Shown here in pieces: positions 17,491 through 25,646 of a stretch of DNA of 64,000 nucleotides. A program made the translations under genes and the position numbers. Numbering within the stretch: the stretch's first letter is position 1; each line of letters begins with the position of its first letter. The notes beneath the pieces are model-generated. The model did not search any database and was not told where the DNA came from. It saw only the letters and a list, made by a program, of their open reading frames with translations. This DNA comes from a virus (taxonomy: Duplodnaviria; Caudoviricetes): positions 1,401 to 65,400 of IMG/VR virus record IMGVR_UViG_3300020577_007535. One strand, written 5' to 3'.

Positions 17491-18297
17491 ATGGCAAATC
17501 AATCAAGCACTCCCATGGTCTTGGACATGCGCCGCAAGGGATTCCTGCCGCGGCTCAGCGTCGCCCCGGTGCTGCGGAGCAGTGCCATCGACGCGGAAAC
17601 AAACCGCCTCCGTCAAAAGTTCTGGGCCTCGCAGCAGGACACGCCGACTTGGGAGGTAGACCAGGCCGGTGTGGTCAGCGCGGTCCCGGCGCCCGCTGTC
17701 CCCGAGGTGCTGTGCACCATGGCTGATGTCTTGCAGCACGCCACCCGCGGCGTCCGGGTCTGCGAGGTGTGCGGCTGGGGCGTCCCCGAGATCATGGTGT
17801 GGAACGAGCCGTGCCCGCACTGCCTGCGGCCGATGTATCACCGCCCCCGCCGCGAGCCGCTTGGCGTCTACGAGTCCGGCGGACCCACCTGCGCCAAGCC
17901 CGGGCGGCAGTGGCTGACGCGCGCCCCGCTGCCCTGGGAGAGCAACCCCTATATCCGGTACCGCCAGTGGGAGCGCCCGATCTACCTGTGCGAGGTGAGC
18001 CCGGTGGAGTGGCCCCCGGGGTGGGGATACATCACCGCACGGTGGAAGCTGCGCATCGAGGGCGATGCCGAGGTCTTTGCAGCGCTCGGGGAGTTCTGGC
18101 GCGGCCGGCCGGAGCGCTGCGCCCGTTGCAAGGCGCGGGGGATGAACTGCCCGCACACGCTGCGGCGCCGCCGGCTGCTACCGGGCTGGCGCTGGAGCCG
18201 GGGCATCGACTTTGCGGAGCGCGCGTCGATGTACATTACCTGGCGAGATAGCTCGCTTGACTCCGTGGTCGTTGCAGACGGGGGCGCCGATGTCTAA
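17491..18297 (+). CDS. Zn-finger-containing hypothetical protein
   Basis: CEVC...CPHC and CARC...CPH; first gene after operator copy 2. Confidence 0.6.
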   Translation: MANQSSTPMVLDMRRKGFLPRLSVAPVLRSSAIDAETNRLRQKFWASQQDTPTWEVDQAGVVSAVPAPAVPEVLCTMADVLQHATRGVRVCEVCGWGVPEIMVWNEPCPHCLRPMYHRPRREPLGVYESGGPTCAKPGRQWLTRAPLPWESNPYIRYRQWERPIYLCEVSPVEWPPGWGYITARWKLRIEGDAEVFAALGEFWRGRPERCARCKARGMNCPHTLRRRRLLPGWRWSRGIDFAERASMYITWRDSSLDSVVVADGGADV

Positions 18298-18859
18298 CGC
18301 CGAAGGCCCTCCGATGTTTCGCGTGCACTCAGACGGCAGCATTGACGCGCCATCCCGCGAAGCCGCGATGCAGGTTCATCACGAGCTCGCAAAGGGCGAA
18401 CTGGCGCAGCTGCGAAGCCAGGTGATTGACCTGCGGGCGCAGCATCAGGCCGTGCTGGACGAGTTGCCCGGCTGCGCAACTCTTGAGGACGTGCGCCAGG
18501 CAATCCGGCAGCTCCGGCTATCGGGTGGGGATGAGGCGCTGCGCATCGAACTGCGGTACCAGCGCGCCCGGGCGCAGGAGCTGGCCGAGGAGTGCTTTGG
18601 ACATTCTGAGCGAAGAGGCGTTGCTGTGTGCTCACGAGCACATCCGGAATCCTCAGCCCGAGCCACCATCGGAGTGCGAGATCATCATCGCTCTGGCGAT
18701 GTACATCGGCAACCTCTTCGAACGCGCCCGCGCCAAGGACCCATGCGCGTCAGCACAGCAGCAACCCTGCGAGCCGCACACGGCGGCGCCCGCAACGTAC
18801 CTGGCGTGGCATGTGTGGGCCGAGAAGATGTCCAAGACCCATCGGCAGCGCCGGTGTAA
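18290..18859 (+). CDS. Coiled-coil hypothetical protein (3' part overlaps the next ORF)
   Basis: The ATG overlaps the upstream stop; heptad-rich N-terminal half. Confidence 0.45.
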   Translation: MSNAEGPPMFRVHSDGSIDAPSREAAMQVHHELAKGELAQLRSQVIDLRAQHQAVLDELPGCATLEDVRQAIRQLRLSGGDEALRIELRYQRARAQELAEECFGHSERRGVAVCSRAHPESSARATIGVRDHHRSGDVHRQPLRTRPRQGPMRVSTAATLRAAHGGARNVPGVACVGREDVQDPSAAPV

Positions 18860-18929
18860 GGGCTGCGGCCTGTACGTCATCTGGGAGCCGAAACCCGGCA
18901 TCGCTCCTCCTGCCAAGGAACCATCATGA
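18597..18929 (+). CDS. Small phage Zn-ribbon protein
   Basis: TTG start after GAGGAG; PATYLAWHVWAEKMSKTHRQRRCKGCGLYVIW resembles a recurrent phage motif. Confidence 0.5.
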   Translation: MDILSEEALLCAHEHIRNPQPEPPSECEIIIALAMYIGNLFERARAKDPCASAQQQPCEPHTAAPATYLAWHVWAEKMSKTHRQRRCKGCGLYVIWEPKPGIAPPAKEPS

Positions 18930-19258
18930 CCACCCCAGCACAGAAGCCGCCGGAGCCGGCCGCGCACGTTGACTGCGATGACGTGATCGACCCCGAGCGC
19001 ACGACCGACGAGCAGCTAAAGGACTTCATCCAGATCACCCGCGCCGACGGCCGGGCCTACATCATCCACGCCGAGGACTACAAGAGGCTGCAAGAGGACG
19101 GCCTGGTGGGAACGATCCGGCTGCGGTCGATCGATGGCTTCTGGCTCGACGTCGTGCGCACCAGTGACGGGACGGTCTACTTTCCCAACGCCCTGCACAA
19201 CAACCGCGGGGAGACCCGCCCGGCCCCGTACTACGTCCCAGCGGACAAAGGAGCTTGA
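18926..19258 (+). CDS. Hypothetical protein
   Basis: ATGA overlap; AAGGA SD. Confidence 0.6.
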   Translation: MTTPAQKPPEPAAHVDCDDVIDPERTTDEQLKDFIQITRADGRAYIIHAEDYKRLQEDGLVGTIRLRSIDGFWLDVVRTSDGTVYFPNALHNNRGETRPAPYYVPADKGA

Positions 19259-19260
19259 CC

Positions 19261-19467
19261 GTGGATCACTTCAACGAGAGCCAGCGCCGCCGGGAAGAGG
19301 AGCGGACGCGGGAGCAGATCCGGCAGCTCGAATACGACCTCTCGGAGCGCGACCGGCAGATCCGGACGCTGGAGACGGCCAACCAGCAGAACCGGGAGGT
19401 CATCGAGGAGCAGGGGCGCCGCATCGAGGAGCTGGAGCAGCAGCTAAAGGAGCTTGAAAACCAATGA
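19261..19467 (+). CDS. Small coiled-coil protein
   Basis: AAGGAG SD before the GTG; E/Q/R-rich heptads. Confidence 0.6.
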   Translation: MDHFNESQRRREEERTREQIRQLEYDLSERDRQIRTLETANQQNREVIEEQGRRIEELEQQLKELENQ

Positions 19468-19943
19468 TCCCCAAGCACAAGACCGAGCTGGACGAGCAGA
19501 GCTACACCCTGGGCGAGCGGGCGCAGCTCCTGAAGATGTTCCGGCACTTCCTGCACGAGTTCGCGCTGAGCGCGCAGCTGGCCCCGTCAGATGATCCCGT
19601 GCTTGACCTGGCGACCCGGCTTGCGCGGGCGGAGGTCGAGCTGCGGGAAGTCCGCGCCAAGCTGCGGCGGCTGTGCCGGGAGCACGGCGATAACTCCTGG
19701 GATGACGAGCTGTGCTTGCCGGACGTCATTGAAAAGCACCTGGTCAACCCGCTGCTGGACCGTGCGTCGACGCCTCAGCCCGTCGACGCGTCGACGCCCA
19801 AAGAGGAGCCGCTGATCGTGCTGGCCAAGCCGCCGGAGACCGATCTCAACCCGACGGGCGAGAGCTTCCAGTATGCCGACGATCCGGGCGAGACCGAGAT
19901 CCACAGCGACGTGTGGGCTATCACCACGCCGGACAAGACATGA
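19464..19943 (+). CDS. Hypothetical protein
   Basis: ATGA overlap; coding-like sequence. Confidence 0.6.
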   Translation: MIPKHKTELDEQSYTLGERAQLLKMFRHFLHEFALSAQLAPSDDPVLDLATRLARAEVELREVRAKLRRLCREHGDNSWDDELCLPDVIEKHLVNPLLDRASTPQPVDASTPKEEPLIVLAKPPETDLNPTGESFQYADDPGETEIHSDVWAITTPDKT

Positions 19944-20131
19944 GCAGCGCGAAGAAAGACATCAGCCTGCTGATCAGCAAGATCGAAGGCGTCGAGCAGG
20001 CCAGCCCGCTCGATCCGAACGTCTCTATGGCGCTCACCGCGCGCGGTTTTCTCAACCTGAAGGCGTGCCGGCTGTTCTTGGCTCAGGCCCGGATCTTTGC
20101 CGAGCTGGCGCGCGAAGAAGCGGGGGACTGA
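19940..20131 (+). CDS. Small hypothetical protein
   Basis: ATGA overlap. Confidence 0.5.
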   Translation: MSSAKKDISLLISKIEGVEQASPLDPNVSMALTARGFLNLKACRLFLAQARIFAELAREEAGD

Positions 20132-20135
20132 CTCC

Positions 20136-20435
20136 ATGACCGCATCCCGAGACTTCAAAAAACTGGTCCGCGCCCGGATGAAAGACACGGGCGAAAACTA
20201 CACCACGGCGCGCGCGGCGCTGCTCAAGACCAAGACCGCGCCGCGCGTCCTCAGCGGGGATGAGGTCAAGCAGGAGGTCGCCAAGATCTGCGCCTTCCAG
20301 GACCTTGTGCTTGATAGGAAGCCACCGGCCGAGGCGTTCGCCATGTCCCAGCAGAGCCCGCGCCGGTTCCTGTCTCCTGCTCTGGCTGCTGATCTCCGGC
20401 TGGAGACGCTTGTGCCAGAAAGCAAAAAACAGTGA
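20136..20435 (+). CDS. Small basic protein
   Basis: N-terminal DFKKLVRARMKDTGENYTTAR, a motif recurrent in GC-rich bacteria. Confidence 0.6.
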   Translation: MTASRDFKKLVRARMKDTGENYTTARAALLKTKTAPRVLSGDEVKQEVAKICAFQDLVLDRKPPAEAFAMSQQSPRRFLSPALAADLRLETLVPESKKQ

Positions 20436-20460
20436 GCCTCCCGCCCTACACCGTTGATTT

Positions 20461-21150
20461 TTGGGCCGGTATGACGTCGGCATTCTTCATTCTTGGCTGG
20501 CAGAAGATTGTGCCGACTCGCGCGATGTGCTGGACCTTCGCGGCGATCACGGCTCTGCTGATGCGGTGTCAACACTCATGAGGCGCACCCGCCGCGTTCC
20601 CTGCCTGCCGCAGGTCGAGATGATCAAGGCCGTCGAGCTCCTGGATGACATCTACAGGAGCGAAGGCGCCGGCTGCTGCATGCACATCGTCACGGACGAT
20701 CTGAACCTCAAAGACAGCGACATCCAGTTTTGCCTCGAACAGGCAGTCCCGGATGGCTGCGAGAAATGCGAGCGCCTCGCCCGCTGGATGCTCCGGATGA
20801 GCGCCACCCAGCGCCACAAACTCTGCACGGGCGGCTACGCCCGGATGATGGAGGTGGTCCAGGCGGAGCGCAAGCGCAGGATCTGCAAGGGTCTGGGCGT
20901 GAAACTCGACCCCTACGGCTTCCCGGTGAATCCGCTGCTGCCGCAGGACCGGTCGATCGTCAACAAGCACCCCGAGGGATTCCTCGGCCGCAGGACGGAC
21001 GGCAAGTCAGGCCGGGCGCTCCAGGACGAGCTGGTGAAGTACAGCCGCTTCCAGGCTCTGGTGCTACGCGGCAAGCCCAAGGCCGAAGCCTATGCCGAGG
21101 TCTATGGCGAAGTGCTGTTTGATGCGACCACAGAGGAGCCATCTTCATGA
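20461..21150 (+). CDS. Hypothetical protein (start uncertain)
   Basis: GAGCCMHIVTDDLNLKDSDIQFC...CEKCERLA, followed by a basic C-terminal region. Confidence 0.55.
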   Translation: MGRYDVGILHSWLAEDCADSRDVLDLRGDHGSADAVSTLMRRTRRVPCLPQVEMIKAVELLDDIYRSEGAGCCMHIVTDDLNLKDSDIQFCLEQAVPDGCEKCERLARWMLRMSATQRHKLCTGGYARMMEVVQAERKRRICKGLGVKLDPYGFPVNPLLPQDRSIVNKHPEGFLGRRTDGKSGRALQDELVKYSRFQALVLRGKPKAEAYAEVYGEVLFDATTEEPSS

Positions 21151-21485
21151 CGGACGAGGCCAAGGAACGTAAAGAGGGCGCACCGGTCGGCACCGAAAAG
21201 GAAGCCGACTCGAAGCCGCCCATCACCATCAACATCCCGGTCCCCGCGTTCTACGTCTGCGGGCTCATCGGGGCGATGCTGATCTACTTGAAGGCCACCG
21301 GGCAGACGAATCTTTCCTGGTTCTGGGTCCTGTCGCCGATGCTGTGGCCGTTCTACCTCATGGCAAGCGCGGTCTGCATTGCCGCCGCACTCGGGACCTG
21401 CGCGCTCATTGTGTACGGGCTGTTTTCCTTGGTGGTGTGGGTGCGCGAGAGGCAAGAGCGGCGGCGGCGGCGGAACCGGAAATGA
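21147..21485 (+). CDS. Phage membrane protein
   Basis: YLKATGQTNLSWFWVLSPMLWP plus flanking transmembrane helices; GAGGAG SD. Confidence 0.65.
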   Translation: MTDEAKERKEGAPVGTEKEADSKPPITINIPVPAFYVCGLIGAMLIYLKATGQTNLSWFWVLSPMLWPFYLMASAVCIAAALGTCALIVYGLFSLVVWVRERQERRRRRNRK

Positions 21486-21670
21486 AGCGCTGCCAACGGT
21501 GTATTTCCTCTCCTCGCCCGGGCTGGCTGATCGATGGCACGTTCTATCGCCGCTGCTCTCTGTGCAACGGCAGCGGAATGGACCCAGAAGAGATCGAGTT
21601 GCAAAAACGCGAGTCCCAGGCCTGGCTTGACTTGTATCGAGCGCAGTTTCGTCAGGGGATCTTTCGATGA
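21482..21670 (+). CDS. Small Zn-finger protein
   Basis: CQRC...CSLCNGSG (DnaJ-type CxxCxGxG). Confidence 0.55.
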   Translation: MKRCQRCISSPRPGWLIDGTFYRRCSLCNGSGMDPEEIELQKRESQAWLDLYRAQFRQGIFR

Positions 21671-22062
21671 AACCGTTGCCCACCGCTGCGCCGCCCGAGC
21701 TGCCGCCTTATCGCGGACCGTCTGCCTTGAACGAAATCTTCTGGCTGGTGCTCCGCCCGCTCCTGCTCATCGCGCTTTGCTTGCTGATGTGCTGGCTCGG
21801 CGGGCTTCGTTTTGACGTCCAACCACAAGCAGCAGGAGAGGGAGTCCGGACCATGCAGGAGTGCAAGATCATCGCCGCGTGGAGCGAGGACATCGAATAC
21901 GACGAAACCCGCGTGAACGATCTGCTCGCCCAGGGATACCGGATCGAGCACGTCATCCAGCCGCTGCTGATCCAGGACGGCGAGGCGCGAGCTGCGCGGC
22001 TGATTCTGGTTCGCGAGAAGCCACCCAGTGGCAAGCCCCCACCGACTCCCAGCCCGAGCTAG
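21667..22062 (+). CDS. Membrane-anchored hypothetical protein
   Basis: Hydrophobic FWLVLRPLLLIALCLLMCWLGG. An internal SD (GGAGAGGGAG) before MQECK suggests it may be two genes. Confidence 0.45.
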   Translation: MKPLPTAAPPELPPYRGPSALNEIFWLVLRPLLLIALCLLMCWLGGLRFDVQPQAAGEGVRTMQECKIIAAWSEDIEYDETRVNDLLAQGYRIEHVIQPLLIQDGEARAARLILVREKPPSGKPPPTPSPS

Positions 22063-22065
22063 AGC

Positions 22066-22401
22066 ATGTCCAGGATTCAGAACCGGCGCCATAAGGTGCG
22101 CAAGCTCAGGGAGCGGGATGGCGACTTCTGCCGCATCTGCGGGCGCCGGCTCAACTTCGAGATCACCGAACCGAAAAACTGGGCGCTGCCGACCATCGAC
22201 CACATCAAGCCGCGGTCCAAGGGCGGCCAGAACGACCTTGGAAATCTTCGACTCGTCCACGCCAAGTGCAACGGCGTGCGAGGGAATCTGCCCGCCGAGT
22301 ACTTCACCACGCACCGGCCAGCGCGCCCCGAGCCGCCGTTAGCAAAGAGCCCCGCAGGCCCCGGAGTGGTGAGCGGCGATCGATGGGTCGATCGCGAGTA
22401 G
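22066..22401 (+). CDS. HNH endonuclease
   Basis: CRICG...TIDHIKPRSKGGQNDLGNLRLVHAKCN. Confidence 0.9.
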   Translation: MSRIQNRRHKVRKLRERDGDFCRICGRRLNFEITEPKNWALPTIDHIKPRSKGGQNDLGNLRLVHAKCNGVRGNLPAEYFTTHRPARPEPPLAKSPAGPGVVSGDRWVDRE

Positions 22402-22452
22402 ATGCGGCCGGCCGGAACTATTGACCGTCACAGCAAACCACAGGAGGAAAAC

Positions 22453-22674
22453 ATGCGAACGTTAGTTTTATTGGTTATTCTCGGCGTTTCGTTTGACGCC
22501 ATAGCCCGTGAGGTTCGCTGCGGAACGGCTTGCGCGGCCAATGAGGAGTCGTTCTCCGGATATGACTGCGCTCCGCAGCCAATATCGGAGAGCCCATTGG
22601 ATGCGAATGACTGCAAAGAGCGTTGCTATTGCGTGCCCGCAGAGAAACAAAAAAAGAAGACGAAAAAGAAATAG
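22453..22674 (+). CDS. Small secreted Cys-rich peptide
   Basis: AGGAGG SD; signal peptide MRTLVLLVILGVSFDAIA; six Cys; Lys-rich tail. Confidence 0.6.
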   Translation: MRTLVLLVILGVSFDAIAREVRCGTACAANEESFSGYDCAPQPISESPLDANDCKERCYCVPAEKQKKKTKKK

Positions 22675-22696
22675 GCCACGGCAGCAATAGTACTGC

Positions 22697-22745
22697 TTGG
22701 CGTGTCAAAATCGCGCACGTATCAATCGTAACTAACCAAAGGAGG
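22697..22745 (+). promoter_or_regulatory. Candidate sigma70-type promoter and SD for 22752
   Basis: TTGGCG-17 nt-TATCAA, then AAAGGAGG, in an AT-rich gap. Confidence 0.45.
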
Positions 22746-22751
22746 TATCTG

Positions 22752-23105
22752 ATGGACATCGAAGCCCAGCAAGCGCTCATCTACACGCAACACATCACCG
22801 CCAAGATCACGAAAGAAGCAGAGCGGCGCATCTCAGAGATAAAGATGCTCTGGCTCCAGTCGCTGGTGCCTGGCGACACCGTGATGGCACAGGGGAGACA
22901 GTGCATCATAACCACCATCTCGCCGGATCGCTCCGCTTTTGAGTTGATTGATGGCGATGGCCCCGGCGATAGGGTCGCTCCGCTTGACGGTGAGGCGTTC
23001 GAACCGGCCAGTATCCACCCGTGGGTGTCTCGGCAGAATACGACCTGGAACATCATCAAGGCCGAACCTCCACCGCCGACTTGTGCTCACCTGCCATCTG
23101 CCTAG
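22752..23105 (+). CDS. Hypothetical protein
   Basis: Strong AAAGGAGGT SD before the ATG at 22752. Confidence 0.65.
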   Translation: MDIEAQQALIYTQHITAKITKEAERRISEIKMLWLQSLVPGDTVMAQGRQCIITTISPDRSAFELIDGDGPGDRVAPLDGEAFEPASIHPWVSRQNTTWNIIKAEPPPPTCAHLPSA

Positions 23106-23281
23106 CTGATATATGGCGCTGCGGCTCCTGGTCGATCGCGTTCCCGCCCTGGTGGCCGGACCTTGACCATCACAGCAAAACCGGGGTAGGTACATCCTCG
23201 GCCCCCGCGTCAAAACCCCGCCAGCTCTCCGCCCGAGGCTACGCGGGTATGGCGTGGGGGCCATCTGAGGAGCCCGCCCAC

Positions 23282-23707
23282 ATGCCCCACAAATCCCACC
23301 TCATCGCAGGTCTATCGCTCGCCGCCCTCCTGGGCGTTGCATGCCTGCCCAAGCCGGTATTCAAGACCCACGAAGAGATGGCCGCGCTTGTGAACGGCGC
23401 CGCTCTCATGCTCAAGGACAAGCCCGGCGGGGATCCGCTTATCCTGAGCTGCGCAGAGAAAGCCAACCAGGCCGGCAAGGCGCTCCAGGCGTACTGGAAG
23501 GCCGCAGCAAAGGCTGCCGACCCCGGCGCCACCGGTCCCACCGCTTCGGAGTATGCCGCGGCGATCGTCGAGCCCGTGTCGGCCGCTGCTGCCTGCGCGA
23601 CCGCGAACGTAAAGCCCGTGCCGTTCGTGCCGCCGGGTCGCCCCGCGCCTGCCGCCGCTCCCTCTGCATCGGCTCCAGCTCCTGCTGCACCCGGGGTGAC
23701 TCCGTGA
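23282..23707 (+). CDS. Lipoprotein
   Basis: MPHKSHLIAGLSLAALLGVAC lipobox; GAGGAG SD; Pro/Ala-rich tail. Confidence 0.65.
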   Translation: MPHKSHLIAGLSLAALLGVACLPKPVFKTHEEMAALVNGAALMLKDKPGGDPLILSCAEKANQAGKALQAYWKAAAKAADPGATGPTASEYAAAIVEPVSAAAACATANVKPVPFVPPGRPAPAAAPSASAPAPAAPGVTP

Positions 23708-23919
23708 GCGCGCCGCTTGTCACCGAGGTCGTAAACAAGGGCCTGGACCTCATCATCGGCGCCGCCCAGGGCATCAAGAACTACCTGGCCAAGAAAAACG
23801 CCGCCGAGGCCGCGGTCAACGCCGCCAAGGGCGAGGTCCTCAACGAGCAGATGGACCAGCAGCTCGCCGAGATCCGCAAGACCGCAGCCGCGCAGGGAGG
23901 CAAGCCCGATGCCGGGTGA
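23704..23919 (+). CDS. Small helical protein
   Basis: The GTG overlaps the upstream stop. Confidence 0.55.
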   Translation: MSAPLVTEVVNKGLDLIIGAAQGIKNYLAKKNAAEAAVNAAKGEVLNEQMDQQLAEIRKTAAAQGGKPDAG

Positions 23920-24157
23920 CGCGCCGCAGCCGCTGGAAGTGGTCATCGTCCCGGCCGAAGAGAGCGAGCCGCCGGACGCAGGCGATGAAACGGAGCCCGA
24001 AGAAGGCTCGGCCGACCCGATCGCAGGGCTCGGCCGGCTGATCAAGGGAGTCGCAAGTGTCGTCAGCGATGTGGCATCTGCTGCATCGCCGGACGACGAC
24101 AACAGCGCGTCCCAAGAGGACGCAGAGGATGACGACGATGTGGAAGACTCGGACTAA
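23909..24157 (+). CDS. Small, highly acidic protein
   Basis: D/E-rich 82 aa; GGGAGG SD. Confidence 0.5.
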   Translation: MPGDAPQPLEVVIVPAEESEPPDAGDETEPEEGSADPIAGLGRLIKGVASVVSDVASAASPDDDNSASQEDAEDDDDVEDSD

Positions 24158-24758
24158 AAGTTTCCTGATGGGTGTCTGCCTTTTTGCCCTGCTGGTGCCG
24201 CTCGGGGGCGGGTGCGGGATGACAGGTCCGCACATAAACGGCGTGTCGAGCTCCGGCGCGCCGCTCGGAGCCGGCGTCAAGGTCCCCGACGATCCCTGCC
24301 GTGCGATGGACGGCCAGATGGTGCTGCTCCCGAGCACGAGCCGGGAGGTGCAGCAGACCAAAGAAGGCCCGTGCGGCGCTGACATCGTGCTCGGCAAGAC
24401 CACGGAGTATTCCGTCGTGGTCCGCCGCGACATGCTGACCGGGATGCAGGGCGCGCGCCTCGCAGTGGGGCTGTACTACTCCTCCCCCATCGCGATCCGG
24501 GTGTTCGTGGGCCTGATGGACAGCTTCGGCCCCTCGCATGCCGAGTCCATCCAGTCGGTGGTGCTGCCACCCGGAAAGGATCGGGTCTTCATCGAGGCCA
24601 CGTTCCCGCAAAACCCGGACAGCATGACTTTCGGCTTCAAAATCTCCCCCGAGGGCACTCCGCGGGCGACCCTGGAAGGAACCCGCATCCACGGCCAGGC
24701 GATCTACCGATTCGGGATGCCCGCGGGCACGCCGAAGGTCTTGACGGTCGACCGGTAG
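24138..24758 (+). CDS. Lipoprotein
   Basis: MWKTRTKSFLMGVCLFALLVPLGGGC lipobox; beta-rich mature part. Confidence 0.6.
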   Translation: MWKTRTKSFLMGVCLFALLVPLGGGCGMTGPHINGVSSSGAPLGAGVKVPDDPCRAMDGQMVLLPSTSREVQQTKEGPCGADIVLGKTTEYSVVVRRDMLTGMQGARLAVGLYYSSPIAIRVFVGLMDSFGPSHAESIQSVVLPPGKDRVFIEATFPQNPDSMTFGFKISPEGTPRATLEGTRIHGQAIYRFGMPAGTPKVLTVDR

Positions 24759-24791
24759 CCCCCGCGCCGGCCGGCGCTGTATGATGCCGGC

Positions 24792-25607
24792 ATGCCCGAT
24801 GCGGTAGTCCCCTTCTCTTCCTTCCCGCTCGAAGTCCTCCCCCCGCCATCGCCGCTTCTGTACGCGCTGCGCCAGGTCGCGCGGCACGAGCAGGGCGGCC
24901 CAAACCTTGGCCCCATCGTAGAAGAGTCCCTGGCCCTGTGGACCGGGCGCCCCACCATGAGCGCGGCCTGGTGCGCTGGGTTTCTCAGCACCGGGCTTGT
25001 CGCTGGCGGCGCGCTCGGAGCGCTCACGGTCGGGCACCTCAGCGCCGAGCAGCTTTGGAAGAACCTCCGCGCCTGCTGGGTCAAGGACACGCCGCCGGCG
25101 CCGCTGCCCGGCGATGTCGCCTGGTTCCGGCGCGCTGATGGCGGCTGGCACGTCGGCTTTATCGCCGCGGTGGTCAGCCCCTTTCCGGACCTGCGCATCC
25201 AGACGATCGAGGGCAACTCCCATAACCAGGTCAACGTGCGCACGGTCGCCTGGCGGGACGCCAAGATCATCGGCCTGGCGCGGCCGATTCTCATCGGCAT
25301 CTGCGGGGCGCTGCCGCCCGAGTGCGGGCCGATCGCCCCGTGCGCGCAGCCGGCCGGACACGTCGGGCCGTGCGACTCGCCGCGCCAGCTCGGGCCAGAC
25401 CTGGGCTTGGCTGTCTCGCTGGTGCGCATCGGGCACCCGCAGCAGGGGCGGGCGCTGCGCTTTATGCGCGGCCGGATGTCGGTCGAGGCCTGCGCCGAGC
25501 GCTTCCGCACCACACCCGAGACCTGGCAGCAGCTCGAATACGGGCGGGCGTTCATCGACCCGGAGAGCTTCGCGCGGATCTGCCGCGGGCTCATCGTCAC
25601 CACGTAG
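24792..25607 (+). CDS. CHAP-domain cell-wall hydrolase (candidate endolysin) fused to a C-terminal XRE-like HTH
   Basis: AWCAGF, PGDVAWF, WHVGFI and TIEGNS are CHAP catalytic motifs. C-terminal RALRFMRGRMSVEACAERFRTTPETWQQLEYGR is XRE-like. Confidence 0.75.
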   Translation: MPDAVVPFSSFPLEVLPPPSPLLYALRQVARHEQGGPNLGPIVEESLALWTGRPTMSAAWCAGFLSTGLVAGGALGALTVGHLSAEQLWKNLRACWVKDTPPAPLPGDVAWFRRADGGWHVGFIAAVVSPFPDLRIQTIEGNSHNQVNVRTVAWRDAKIIGLARPILIGICGALPPECGPIAPCAQPAGHVGPCDSPRQLGPDLGLAVSLVRIGHPQQGRALRFMRGRMSVEACAERFRTTPETWQQLEYGRAFIDPESFARICRGLIVTT

Positions 25608-25646
25608 CGCTGGCCTCGGGATAGCCCGGGGCGCTACTCTGCGCAC

